NCBI GenBank assembly: GCA_049605375.1
Contig: JBMYUM010000002.1
Location: 1 to 37,775, forward strand
Length of the DNA: 37,775 nucleotides
Direction of reading: 5' to 3'
Origin: Phycisphaerae bacterium
Lineage (GTDB): Bacteria; Planctomycetota; Phycisphaerae; UBA1845
Shown: piece by piece, positions 9,169 through 18,883 of the stretch
How the letters are laid out: every line of letters starts with the position of its first letter
How positions within the stretch are numbered: the first letter of the stretch is position 1
Translations under genes and position numbers: made by a program
The notes under the pieces: generated by a model
What the model saw: the letters and a program-made list of their open reading frames with translations, nothing else
The model's database searches: none
Told to the model about the DNA's origin: nothing

Positions 9169-11229
9169 ATGCAGAGTTTGAAGCCCGGTGTATGGTCGCT
9201 GGTCGCAGTCACGGCGTTGACGGTGAGCACGACCGCGACAAGCCTTAACGCGGGAGGTCCAACACCATTGATCCCACGACACATTCTCTTCGGTAATCCT
9301 GATCGTTCATCCGTGCAGCTCAGCCACGACGGCACGAAGCTCAGCTACATCGCGCCCGTCAATGGCGTGTTGAACGTCTGGGTCGGACCGGCCGACAAAC
9401 CCGACGCAGCCAAGCCGGTAACCAAGGACACCTATCGCGGCATCCGCAGTTACTTCTGGGCCTACACCAATAACCATGTCATCTATACCCAGGACAAGGG
9501 TGGCGATGAGAATTTCCACATCTACAGTGTCGACCTCAAGACCGGCAAGGAAATTGACCTGACGCCATTCGACGGCGCCCGTGGTGGCGTTCTCGAAGTC
9601 AATAACAACTTCCCGAGTGAAATTCTGGTTCAGGTCAACAATCGCAATCCGCAGCTTTTCGACGTCCATCGCGTCAACATCACCAACGGTGATCGCAGCG
9701 TCGTTTACGAAAACAACGAAGGCTATATCGGTTTCCTCACCGAAGATGACATGAAGGTTCACTTCGCCGTCAAGATGACCCCTGATGGCGGCAGCCAGGT
9801 ATTCCGTACGACGGGTGACAACCAGTGGACACTCTTCACGTCTATTCCCGGTACCGACGCGCTGACGACGAATCCCCTTGGCATGGATAAATCCAAGGAG
9901 AATCTGTATATGCTCGACAGCCGTGGCCGGAATACGGCAGCGTTGACCAAGGTCAGCCTGAACTCTGGCGACGCGTCGATCATGGCAGAGCATGCCAAGG
10001 CCGACATCCAGGGCATCATCGGGCACCCGGTCGACAAGACCATCCAGGCCGTCCAGGCAAATTACACCCGTCGCGAATGGCAGATTCTGGATCCGTCCAT
10101 CGAAGGTGATCTGCAGTACTTGAAGAACCTCGTCGACGGCGAATTCAACATCGGCTCCCGTACACTGGACGACAAGCACTGGATCGTCAGCTATGTCATG
10201 GACGATGGGCCGGTTCGATACTACCACTACGATCGCAGCAAGAAGAATGCAAAGTTCCTCTTCACCAATCGTGCCAGCCTGGAAGACGTCAAACTGGCCA
10301 AGATGCACCCGGTCGTCGTCGATGCACGCGATGGCAAGAAACTCGTTTGCTACTACACACTCCCCACCTGGATGGACACCGACGAGAATGGTAAGCCATC
10401 GGAAGCCCTGCCGATGGTACTGCTCGTGCACGGTGGACCGTGGGCACGCGACTCATGGGGCTACAACCCCATGCACCAATGGTTGGCCAACCGCGGCTAC
10501 GCCGTGATGAGTGTCAACTTCCGTGGCTCAACCGGGTTCGGAAAAGACTTCATCAACGCCGGCAACTTCGAATGGGCCGGCAAGATGCACGACGACCTGC
10601 TGGATGCCGTTGACTGGGCGGTGAAGAATAAGGTCGCGTTGCGCGACAAGGTCGGCATCATGGGTGGAAGCTACGGCGGCTATGCCACGCTCGTCGGCTT
10701 GACCTACACGCCCAAGAAGTTCGCCTGTGGCGTCGACATCGTTGGCCCGTCGAATCTCGTGACGCTGCTGAATACGATTCCACCCTACTGGAAACCCATG
10801 ATCGACATGTTCACGCAGCGCGTCGGCGATCACCGTACGGAAGACGGTGCCAAGCTGCTCGAAGAACGGTCCCCGCTGAACTACGTCGACCGCATCGAGC
10901 GTCCGCTCCTGATCGCGCAAGGCGCAAACGATCCACGCGTGAAGCAGTCGGAATCTGATCAGATTGTCACCGCCATGCAGAACAAGAACATTCCCGTGTC
11001 GTACGTCCTCTTCCCCGACGAAGGGCACGGTTTCGCACGACCGGAAAACCGCATGTCGTTCAATGCCGTCACGGAAGCGTTTCTTTCCAAACATCTTGGC
11101 GGAAGGTTTGAACCCATGAGCGAGGACATCACCGGCTCAACCATCACGGTGCCGGCCGGCGCGTCGCTCATCCCGGGACTCCCGGCCGCTGTCCCGACGA
11201 CCGCGCCTGCAAAGGGAGACCCCACGTAG
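9169..11229 (+). CDS. Secreted S9 family serine peptidase (prolyl oligopeptidase / acylaminoacyl-peptidase type)
   Basis: N-terminal beta-propeller-like region plus a C-terminal alpha/beta hydrolase domain. It has the nucleophile elbow GGSYGGY, AQGANDPRV (Asp) and FPDEGHGF (His). The ATG at 9169 is preceded by GGAGA with an 8-nt spacer and opens a signal peptide (MQSLKPGVWSLVAVTALTVSTTATS). Alternative starts lie at 9154 and 9115. Confidence 0.9.
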   Translation: MQSLKPGVWSLVAVTALTVSTTATSLNAGGPTPLIPRHILFGNPDRSSVQLSHDGTKLSYIAPVNGVLNVWVGPADKPDAAKPVTKDTYRGIRSYFWAYTNNHVIYTQDKGGDENFHIYSVDLKTGKEIDLTPFDGARGGVLEVNNNFPSEILVQVNNRNPQLFDVHRVNITNGDRSVVYENNEGYIGFLTEDDMKVHFAVKMTPDGGSQVFRTTGDNQWTLFTSIPGTDALTTNPLGMDKSKENLYMLDSRGRNTAALTKVSLNSGDASIMAEHAKADIQGIIGHPVDKTIQAVQANYTRREWQILDPSIEGDLQYLKNLVDGEFNIGSRTLDDKHWIVSYVMDDGPVRYYHYDRSKKNAKFLFTNRASLEDVKLAKMHPVVVDARDGKKLVCYYTLPTWMDTDENGKPSEALPMVLLVHGGPWARDSWGYNPMHQWLANRGYAVMSVNFRGSTGFGKDFINAGNFEWAGKMHDDLLDAVDWAVKNKVALRDKVGIMGGSYGGYATLVGLTYTPKKFACGVDIVGPSNLVTLLNTIPPYWKPMIDMFTQRVGDHRTEDGAKLLEERSPLNYVDRIERPLLIAQGANDPRVKQSESDQIVTAMQNKNIPVSYVLFPDEGHGFARPENRMSFNAVTEAFLSKHLGGRFEPMSEDITGSTITVPAGASLIPGLPAAVPTTAPAKGDPT

Positions 11230-11260
11230 GCGATTCAACATCGTCATGGCGGCTAATTCG

Positions 11261-11288
11261 TAACGAATTGGTAACGAATTGGTAACGA
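11261..11288. repeat. Short tandem repeat, 11-mer TAACGAATTGG x2 plus a partial third copy
   Basis: taacgaattgg (11261-11271), taacgaattgg (11272-11282), taacga (11283-11288). It overlaps the palindrome AATTCG-TAA-CGAATT (11255-11269). It lies just downstream of the peptidase stop at 11227-11229. Confidence 0.8.
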
Positions 11289-11714
11289 TGACGTGTCGAC
11301 TCCGACCGTTCACAGCGTGACGAAAACCACCGGCGGGCTTCGAAACCCCTCGCAGGGCGTATCGAGGTCCGCCGTTTCTTCACCATCTTCACTCGCACAT
11401 ACCCTTGGCCACTGGTGCACGCGTAACGCTGACGACAATGACGGGGCATCCCGTCAAAAACTGTGAAGGTGCCAATCTCCTGACAGGCACCACTTTACCG
11501 CCAACGTCTGTTCATGTTTCCCAATACGGGCCTGCAAAACGCAGCCTGCACGAGCCAGGCGTCGAAATCATCGACCGTCATTCTTGACAGTCGCGAAGGA
11601 CTGCTGATAGTAATTCCCCCCGGCATGCACTCGTGCAAATCGAGCGCTTGCATTGGTTCCTGGCGCTTCCGCCAGAGAGGGTAATACGCTGTTGATTAGA
11701 AGTGGGCGCAGACC

Positions 11715-12644
11715 ATGATTCAGGTGCGAAACGTCACAAAACGCTACGGTCCCGTCCTCGCCGTCGACAATATTTCCTTCGACGTTGAGGCAGGCGGTAT
11801 CGTCGGCTTTCTTGGCCCGAACGGCGCCGGGAAGAGTACGACCATCAAGATTCTTACATGCTACCAGCCGGCTTCGAACGGTTCGGCAACAGTGGCCGGC
11901 TACGACGTCTACCGTGAGTCGATCGACGTCCGCCGGTGCATCGGCTATCTGCCGGAGAACACCCCCCTTTACCCCGAAATGCGTGCCAGTGAGTATCTTC
12001 ATTTTCGCGGTAAGCTGCGCGGGATGGATCGATCCGAGCGTCAGGCCGCCATCAAACGGGTGACGGAGCGGTGCTGGCTGGGCGACTTCGTGAACCGTCC
12101 GATCGGGCAGTTGTCGAAGGGGATGCGACAACGTGTCGGGCTCGCCGATGCGATCATGCATGAACCCAAGCTCCTGGTTCTCGACGAACCCACCGTCGGC
12201 CTCGACCCCTCGCAGATTCGCGAAACACGAAATCTGGTGAAGGAACTTGGAGAGACGCAGACCGTGCTCCTCAGCTCTCATATCCTGCACGAGGTGGAAC
12301 AGATTTGCTCGCGTATCATCATCATCAACAAGGGTCGTATTGCCGCATCGGGAACGCGTGAAGAACTGCATGAGCAGTTCAATCGTGAGTCGCGAATCGT
12401 GGCGGAACTGAAGGGGCCGACCGATGCCATCAAGTCCGGCGTCGAGAGCCTTCAGGGCGTCCGAAGTGTTGAGACCGCCGCCGAGAACGGCTGGGTTCGC
12501 CTTTCCATCGCGCCGCAGGAGAACAGCGATCCACGCGAAGATCTCTACCAGCTGACATCATCCAAGGGCTGGTCTCTGCGAGAAATCCGTCGCGAAGAAA
12601 TGACCCTGGAAGACTACTTCGTGAAGGTCATTCGCGGTAACTGA
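11715..12644 (+). CDS. ABC transporter ATP-binding protein (ABC-2 / GldA-like subfamily)
   Basis: Walker A GPNGAGKST, signature LSKGMRQRVGLA, Walker B LLVLDEPT and H-loop LLSSHIL. It is the first gene of a four-gene same-strand operon. Confidence 0.95.
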   Translation: MIQVRNVTKRYGPVLAVDNISFDVEAGGIVGFLGPNGAGKSTTIKILTCYQPASNGSATVAGYDVYRESIDVRRCIGYLPENTPLYPEMRASEYLHFRGKLRGMDRSERQAAIKRVTERCWLGDFVNRPIGQLSKGMRQRVGLADAIMHEPKLLVLDEPTVGLDPSQIRETRNLVKELGETQTVLLSSHILHEVEQICSRIIIINKGRIAASGTREELHEQFNRESRIVAELKGPTDAIKSGVESLQGVRSVETAAENGWVRLSIAPQENSDPREDLYQLTSSKGWSLREIRREEMTLEDYFVKVIRGN

Positions 12645-12701
12645 GTTTTGACTGACGTGATTCATTCATTGACAACGGTTGCGTAATCGGGAACCAATCC
12701 C

Positions 12702-13421
12702 ATGAACAACATTACGACCATGGCTCGTCGCGAACTGGGTGCCTATTTCCTGTCACCCATCGCATACGTTGTGTATGCCATTTTCCTGTTCACCTCCGGC
12801 CTCGTTTTCGGATTGGGCGTGTTTCAGGCAAACGGCGACGCTTCACTCCGCTTTCTGTTCGATTTCTGGATGGTCCTTATCCTCACGCTTGTCATGCCGA
12901 TGCTTACGATGCGGCTGATGAGTGACGAGCTTCGAAATGGAACCATCGAGACCCTCATGACGGTCCCCATTACCGAAACGGAGATCGTACTGGGTAAGTT
13001 CTTCGGGGCATTCGCATTTTTTGTCGCGCTGATCGCATCGTTGCTGCTCTATCCGATCATTCTCTCCATGTATGGCGATCTCGACGGCAGCCTCCTGCTC
13101 TGCAACTACATTGGGCTGCTGCTGATCGGTGGGCTCTACGTGTCGATCGGGCTGTTCTTCAGCGCGTGGACGCGTCACCAGGTGATCGCGGTCTTGCTGA
13201 CAGCCGGCGTCTTAGCCTTCATGACGTTTGCGTTTCAGCCCCTTGCCCAGCAGCTCGATGGCACCCCGCGTATCATTCTGCAGCAGTTGTCGGTTCGATC
13301 CCATTTCAACGACTTTGTTCGCGGGCTGATCGACGTGAACCACATCGTCTTCTTCCTGACGACAACCGGTTTTTTCCTTTTCCTGACAGTTAAGCGACTG
13401 GAGATGCGCCGATGGCAGTAG
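12702..13421 (+). CDS. ABC-2 family permease (GldF-like)
   Basis: 239 aa with about six hydrophobic helices. It lies immediately downstream of the ATPase, and its stop overlaps the start of the next gene by 10 nt. Confidence 0.85.
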   Translation: MNNITTMARRELGAYFLSPIAYVVYAIFLFTSGLVFGLGVFQANGDASLRFLFDFWMVLILTLVMPMLTMRLMSDELRNGTIETLMTVPITETEIVLGKFFGAFAFFVALIASLLLYPIILSMYGDLDGSLLLCNYIGLLLIGGLYVSIGLFFSAWTRHQVIAVLLTAGVLAFMTFAFQPLAQQLDGTPRIILQQLSVRSHFNDFVRGLIDVNHIVFFLTTTGFFLFLTVKRLEMRRWQ

Positions 13422-15583
13422 ATTCCACAAGCTCCAATACACAGAGCCGGGGTGGTCAAGGTCCCCAGCGTATGCTGGTCGGCACGAACGTGCTGGTTGC
13501 GACGGTGCTCGCGCTGGGGGTTGTTGTGGTGGCCCAGGTCATTGCCTACAAGTGGCCCAAGCAAATCGATATGACGTCCACCGGCGTTAACAGCCTGAGT
13601 GACGGAACCAAGAACTTGCTCGACAGCCTCGATCAGAATGTCGAGCTCACGTCACTCTACTTCGAAGCCGGAAACCTCGAAGATGAAGACCAGCCGCGCT
13701 ACCGTCGCGTGATGGATGACTTGCTGGGCCTTTACGCTGCAACCAATCGCGGTAAGGTGAAAGCCGATTGGATCAACCCGCTCGACAAAAACCGCGAGAA
13801 GATCAGTGCTTTCTACAAGGAGCTGGGAGAGCATCCGAGCTTCCAGGGCGACCTGGAGAAATCGAAAGCACGCGTCGAAGTCTTCACCGCGCCGGACGGG
13901 CTCGGTGAACGCCTGAATGTCTTCCTTCAGGATGACCTTCAGCAAATCGCTGCCCTGAACCTGGCATCTGATGAATCCACACAGAAAGCCGTCGGCCCCG
14001 TGGAAATCCTGCTGCAGCGATGGTCGGAGGAACTGACGAATACGCTCGCCAGCATCCGCCGCGAGTCGACCGCCGAACCGCCGCAATACAGCGGTTCCAT
14101 CGAAGCATTGAAGCAGGTGTACGAACAGCTGCCCAAGAGCCTGACGGACATACAAACGCACGCCGAACGTGTACTGGCAACCAACGGTGATATCTCCGCC
14201 AACGCGGCCGGCTATCTGAACGGCTGCGGCGCTCGATACGCCCCACTCATGGAAGAGATGACGCGTGAGGCAGACAGCCTGAACGAACTCGAGGCACCCA
14301 AGTTCGATGAACTGATGCAGGAGATCGCGAGCCCAACAGGTAACGCCATTGTCGTCAAAACGGATTCCGACGTGGAAGTCGTCAAGTTCGGCGAATGCTG
14401 GCCGGCCCTGGATCCAACGGCACAGAGCGCTGCACTATCGTTCGATCAGCGCGCATTCCGAGGGGAAGAGAAACTGACGGCGGCTCTCCTCAGAGCGACA
14501 CATCAGGAAAGCACTGCTGTCATCTTCGTTCGCTACGGCGGTACGCCGTTGCTCGGCGGTCTTCCGATCCCGGGGCAGCCTCGCGGGCCGTACATGGTCA
14601 TGAAGGAAAATCTGGCGGATGCGAATTTTGAAGTTAAAGAGTGGGACCTAAAAACAAACGACAATCCGCCTGGTTTTGATCCAGAACCAACGAGAAAGAT
14701 CTTCGTCGTGCTTAAACCCAATCCGCCCCAACGGGATCCGATGGGAAGAATGGGACAGGACCCACCGTTTACCGACCGCCATAAAGACCTTCTGATAAAC
14801 GCCATCGGTGACGATGGTCGCGCGGTCTTTATTGCCGGCTGGCATCCCGGCCCATTCGGCCCGGTACCATCTTCCTATGAATATGGCGACTACCTGAAGG
14901 ACACCTGGGGCATCGAGGTGGACTCGACGCGGTTGCTGTTGACGGCCATCAGCACCGCACCAGGAAAGTACGCTGCGGATGGACGAAGTTTCTTCCTCCT
15001 GCAGGATGCAACGGCCTCAGACCACATCACTGTCCGCGGCGCCCAACAGAAGTACGCATTGCCCTGGTGTGCACCGCTCATCCTGGCTGAATCCCCCCCC
15101 GAGGGCGTAACGGTATCCATGCTCCTTGAGCAAGAGGAAGCGGACACCATTTGGGGTGTGCAGGACATAACGGCCTATGAGAAGCAGCTGCAGGAACAGC
15201 AGTACATGACGCTCGCGGAAGGCGACACGACGGGCGATTTCATCCTGGCGGCTGCCGCCGAGAAAGGTGACGCCAAGATCGTGGTTGTCAGCTCACGGGC
15301 ATTTGCGGAAGACGCGGTGGCCTTCGCACGAGAAATCGTATTCGGTGCCCGCGGCCTGCAGGTCATTTCGCGAAACCCGGGCAACGTCAGTCTATTCGTG
15401 AACTCACTTCACTGGCTGAACGACAACACCGAATTCATGAACATTGGAAGTCCGATCGACCTAGCCGTGCTGAAAATTGACGGCACTGCGACGATCAAAA
15501 CCGTTTCATTTGTCGCCATTGTGGTTTGGCCTTCACTCGCGTTGCTCGGCGGTGCGGCAGCATGGTGGATCAGGCGAAGGTAG
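13412..15583 (+). CDS. GldG-like ABC-transporter auxiliary protein
   Basis: 723 aa with one N-terminal TM (LVGTNVLVATVLALGVVVVAQVIAY), a large soluble domain and one C-terminal TM followed by basic residues (VAIVVWPSLALLGGAAAWWIRRR). This topology, and the position after the ATPase and permease, match GldG-family auxiliary components. Confidence 0.75.
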   Translation: MAVDSTSSNTQSRGGQGPQRMLVGTNVLVATVLALGVVVVAQVIAYKWPKQIDMTSTGVNSLSDGTKNLLDSLDQNVELTSLYFEAGNLEDEDQPRYRRVMDDLLGLYAATNRGKVKADWINPLDKNREKISAFYKELGEHPSFQGDLEKSKARVEVFTAPDGLGERLNVFLQDDLQQIAALNLASDESTQKAVGPVEILLQRWSEELTNTLASIRRESTAEPPQYSGSIEALKQVYEQLPKSLTDIQTHAERVLATNGDISANAAGYLNGCGARYAPLMEEMTREADSLNELEAPKFDELMQEIASPTGNAIVVKTDSDVEVVKFGECWPALDPTAQSAALSFDQRAFRGEEKLTAALLRATHQESTAVIFVRYGGTPLLGGLPIPGQPRGPYMVMKENLADANFEVKEWDLKTNDNPPGFDPEPTRKIFVVLKPNPPQRDPMGRMGQDPPFTDRHKDLLINAIGDDGRAVFIAGWHPGPFGPVPSSYEYGDYLKDTWGIEVDSTRLLLTAISTAPGKYAADGRSFFLLQDATASDHITVRGAQQKYALPWCAPLILAESPPEGVTVSMLLEQEEADTIWGVQDITAYEKQLQEQQYMTLAEGDTTGDFILAAAAEKGDAKIVVVSSRAFAEDAVAFAREIVFGARGLQVISRNPGNVSLFVNSLHWLNDNTEFMNIGSPIDLAVLKIDGTATIKTVSFVAIVVWPSLALLGGAAAWWIRRR

Positions 15584-15590
15584 AACGACT

Positions 15591-17972
15591 ATGAACTTCA
15601 AGACAACCATTATTCTCGCAATTGCATTGGTGGCGCTTGGCGGTCTTTACTTTGTTGGTCTGCAAGTCAACCCAACGGAGAAGTCCACGTCTGCGGATAC
15701 CGAAACCATAACGCCCGGTACCAGCAAGATTTCGCAGCCAATCTTCACCGGAACCATCGGTGACGTGGTGAAGGTCACCTGCAAAGCCAAGGACAAAGAA
15801 GAGTGGGTCTTTGAAAAACAGGAAGGTGATGGCTCAACCGCACAAGGCGATTGGTCCATTACGGCTCCGATTCAGGCCAAAGCCATTCCATGGGAAGTGC
15901 AGCGCTTTGGCACCCAGCTGACAAACCTGAAGTATGAGATCCGTCACGAACCCGGCGGTGCCGTCTCGGATGAGAAAGCGGGTCTCGCGCCACCGCAGGC
16001 GGTGATCACGATTGCCGACGCTGATGGCCAAGAAGCCACCTTTGAGATCGGCCTTGAAGCCTCATCGACAGATACGTTTGTCCGCCTGGCCAATGACTCG
16101 ACCATTTATGTTGGTCAAGGTGTCGTGGGAACGCTCGTGAAACCGAGCATCCTTGACTATCGCGATCAACAACTCTGGAGTTTCAAGAATGACGACGCCA
16201 CGGCTGTGGAGATCACTGATCACCGGGCGGATCCGCCGGTAACCTACACCCTTCAGAATCAGGATGGAACGTGGGTCTTCACAAAGCCGGTTTCTGCGCG
16301 TGCTACCGGGAAAGTCGCTGAGATGCTTCGGACGCTCGGTGTGCTCCGAGTGCAGAAGTGGGTCGATGACCGGGAAGATCGCCTCAGCCTTTATGGCCTC
16401 AATCCTCCGCAATACACCATTCGCGTCACAACGGAGACCGCCCCGGAAGATGCTGCCCCCTCAACCGATGACGGGGAGGCGGATGCTGGCGATGCCACGC
16501 CAAAATCCCCCACGATCACGACGTATACACTGCGTGTTTCGGATCAGTCACCATTGGGTGAAGACACCAAGGTCTACGTCGCTCCCGGAGAAGGGACGAC
16601 GACAGGTGTCATCATGAAGACTCTCGCCGATCGACTCGCACCGTCTATGTCCGAGTGGCGCGATATGGACCTGTCTCCCGTCAACGTGACCACAGCGACC
16701 CGCGTTGAAATCTCCACACCCGCCGGGGCTGAAACACTCACCAAACTCGAACAGGATTGGAAGTACGAATCTGATGGTGAGCTTGGCGAATCTGCCGCCG
16801 TTCGTGAACTGCTGATGGCCGTGAATGATCTGAAGGCGATTTCCTACATGGATGCGACGAAAGACGATGACGCCCGATTCGGATTCGACAAACCGCAGGC
16901 AACGGTCACCATGACCGTCCCGGGTAAGGAAGAGTCGGAACGAATCACGGTTGGCGGATTCACCGATGCCAACAGCAAGCGTCTCGTCTACGTGCGGCGG
17001 AACGCAGCCAACGCCGTCGCCAAAGTGCGCGTCGCTGACATCGCCGCCCTTCTGCGTGACCCGCGAAGCTACCGGGATCTGACCATCCTTGACGCAACGC
17101 GGGACTCGATTGAAAGCATCGCCATGAACGTACCGGCCGCGTGCCGCGACGGTCGATACGACTTTACGTTGGCCAGAACCGGCGGACGCTGGCAGTTGGT
17201 CAAGCCTGTCCAAGCTCCGATCAACGATGCGGAATTCAATCCCCTTCTCGATCTACTGACGCGGCTCAAGGCGGCATCCATCGTCGGCGAAGCCAATGAA
17301 CTGTCGGCATACGGACTTCACGAGCCGGTCGCACGCTTGTCGATCCAATATCTGCCCCCGAGGCAGACAAAGCTTGAGCCGGATACGGAAGATCCCGAGA
17401 AGCTGGTGCCGGTCGAAACGCAACCCCCCGCTACAACCGTCGATTTGGCTTTCTCGGCACAGAGCGGCAAGGTGTTCGCTCATCGAAGTGATCGACAGGT
17501 GATCTACGCCGTCCAGCCTGAACTGCTCAACCGCATACTCTCCGAACTGCGTTCGTCGAAGGTCTTTCAATTCCAGAAGGAAACGGTCTCAGCGTTCTCC
17601 ATCGCCAGTGGCGGCGTAACACATCGCTTCCGAAAGAGCGACGACCAGTGGATCTACGAAACCGAACCGGACCTGCCGCTCGATGCCGGCAAGGTGGACA
17701 ACTTACTCCTGCAGTTCACCGACCTGGTGACGCCTCGGTTCGTGCAGTATCAGAACGCAGCCCCGGTTTCTACGTTCCTTCAGTCCCCGCAATCCAAGGC
17801 GGTGATTGAAACATCGGAGACGACCTACGAAGTGACCGTCTTCACACAGGCTTGCGGTTCCGGCAGCGCGCGAGGTCAATTCGCAACGGCCACCGGGATC
17901 GAAGGCGTGTTCCTTCTAACACCAGACAGTATTCAGCGCATGACAGTGAATCTTGGCGATTTGGAGCCATGA
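15591..17972 (+). CDS. DUF4340-like membrane-anchored protein, fourth gene of the ABC operon
   Basis: The ATG at 15591 opens an N-terminal TM anchor (MNFKTTIILAIALVALGGLYFV). The ORF-track start at 15477 is an in-frame extension overlapping the end of the GldG-like gene. The protein is a long beta-rich repetitive soluble region. In my recollection, the gene after GldG-like genes is usually a DUF4340 protein. No motif-level proof. Confidence 0.6.
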   Translation: MNFKTTIILAIALVALGGLYFVGLQVNPTEKSTSADTETITPGTSKISQPIFTGTIGDVVKVTCKAKDKEEWVFEKQEGDGSTAQGDWSITAPIQAKAIPWEVQRFGTQLTNLKYEIRHEPGGAVSDEKAGLAPPQAVITIADADGQEATFEIGLEASSTDTFVRLANDSTIYVGQGVVGTLVKPSILDYRDQQLWSFKNDDATAVEITDHRADPPVTYTLQNQDGTWVFTKPVSARATGKVAEMLRTLGVLRVQKWVDDREDRLSLYGLNPPQYTIRVTTETAPEDAAPSTDDGEADAGDATPKSPTITTYTLRVSDQSPLGEDTKVYVAPGEGTTTGVIMKTLADRLAPSMSEWRDMDLSPVNVTTATRVEISTPAGAETLTKLEQDWKYESDGELGESAAVRELLMAVNDLKAISYMDATKDDDARFGFDKPQATVTMTVPGKEESERITVGGFTDANSKRLVYVRRNAANAVAKVRVADIAALLRDPRSYRDLTILDATRDSIESIAMNVPAACRDGRYDFTLARTGGRWQLVKPVQAPINDAEFNPLLDLLTRLKAASIVGEANELSAYGLHEPVARLSIQYLPPRQTKLEPDTEDPEKLVPVETQPPATTVDLAFSAQSGKVFAHRSDRQVIYAVQPELLNRILSELRSSKVFQFQKETVSAFSIASGGVTHRFRKSDDQWIYETEPDLPLDAGKVDNLLLQFTDLVTPRFVQYQNAAPVSTFLQSPQSKAVIETSETTYEVTVFTQACGSGSARGQFATATGIEGVFLLTPDSIQRMTVNLGDLEP

Positions 17973-18013
17973 TCAACAACTGATCTCACCAGTTTCAATT
18001 TTTCTATTTTCAC

Positions 18014-18042
18014 TTGATTTTGCAGTGCTGCTTTGGTACAGT
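18014..18042 (+). promoter_or_regulatory. Candidate sigma70-like promoter for the REC-XRE regulator
   Basis: TTGATT (18014-18019), 17-nt spacer, TACAGT (18037-18042). It sits in an AT-richer intergenic stretch about 125 nt upstream of the ATG at 18167. Confidence 0.35.
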
Positions 18043-18166
18043 GAGAGTTAAATCGAACGTCGCCATTCCCTGGGAAGGTTCATGGGGTAACCCTGCGGAG
18101 ACGCGTGTCGATGTTGGAGGCTAGCGACATGTCGTCGTGCCAACATGACGGATTGAGGGTAATGCC

Positions 18167-18772
18167 ATGGGTGTTCGTCACCACATCAAAGTTCTTATCA
18201 TCGATGACGACAAAGCCGTCTGCGATTCTGTCGGGACCATGCTGGAAGACCGGGGCTACAACACCCGCACGTACTGCAACGCCGAAGAGGCACTGACGGC
18301 GGCCGAGAACGAGTCCTTCCAGATCGCACTCGTTGATCTTCGAATGCCCCACATTGAGGGCGCCGACGTGGTTGAGAGACTGCGTGAGATCGATGAACGC
18401 ACGGCATGCATTGTCATGACCGCATTTCCCAATCTGAATAGCGCGACTGAAACCATGCGCCGCGGTTCGTTTGACTACATTTCCAAGCCGTTCACGCCGG
18501 ATGAGTTGCTGGCTTCCGTCGAGGGTGTTTGCCGTCGTATGGGCATCGTCTACACCGACGAACATGAATTGAACCGGCTGATCGGCCAACGAATTCGAAA
18601 GCACCGCTTGGGTCAGAACCTCACCCTTCGGCAGTTGTCAGACCGTACAGACCTTACCACCTCTCAGCTTTCACAGGTTGAGCTCGGCAAGAATGCCGCA
18701 TCGATCTGGGCATTGGCCCGCATCAGCAACGCTCTAGGCCTGCAAGTCGCCGAGTTGATGGAAGGACTGTAG
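18167..18772 (+). CDS. Response regulator with receiver domain fused to an XRE/Cro-type helix-turn-helix
   Basis: The REC signature is complete: LIIDDD, phospho-acceptor ALVDLRMP, MTAF and ISKPF. The C-terminal part (LIGQRIRKHRLGQNLTLRQLSDRTDLTTSQLSQVELGKNAASIWALARISNALGLQVAELM) is a classic HTH_3 (XRE) motif. GAGGG lies about 9 nt upstream of the ATG. Confidence 0.85.
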   Translation: MGVRHHIKVLIIDDDKAVCDSVGTMLEDRGYNTRTYCNAEEALTAAENESFQIALVDLRMPHIEGADVVERLREIDERTACIVMTAFPNLNSATETMRRGSFDYISKPFTPDELLASVEGVCRRMGIVYTDEHELNRLIGQRIRKHRLGQNLTLRQLSDRTDLTTSQLSQVELGKNAASIWALARISNALGLQVAELMEGL

Positions 18773-18883
18773 GCACCGTAGCCTGCGTTCCATCCCGTGT
18801 TTCAACACTGAAATGCTCTGTTGTATGGAGATTGCACAGGCATGCTGCGCACGCGCGATGGCTTTGGAAGAAAAACCCGTAGC

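Noticed and set aside
9307-10431. 374-aa ORF antisense to the S9 peptidase. Similar antisense ORFs include 11568-12371(-), 16548-17213(-), 30326-31234(+), 23414-23953(+) and 20711-21367(+).
   Set aside because: Each lies opposite a gene with unambiguous catalytic motifs. Each has a biased Arg/Val/Asp/Gly-rich composition and no recognisable domain.
11584-11613. TTGACA at 11584-11589 as a promoter for the ABC operon.
   Set aside because: The -35 is perfect, but the best -10 candidates at 17-19 nt (ATAGTA, TAGTAA) match TATAAT poorly. That is too weak to list as a feature.
13291-13305. A GGTTCGATCC string resembling a tRNA T-arm.
   Set aside because: It lies inside the ABC-2 permease reading frame. 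No acceptor, D-arm or anticodon-arm complementarity surrounds it. No tRNA was found anywhere in the window.
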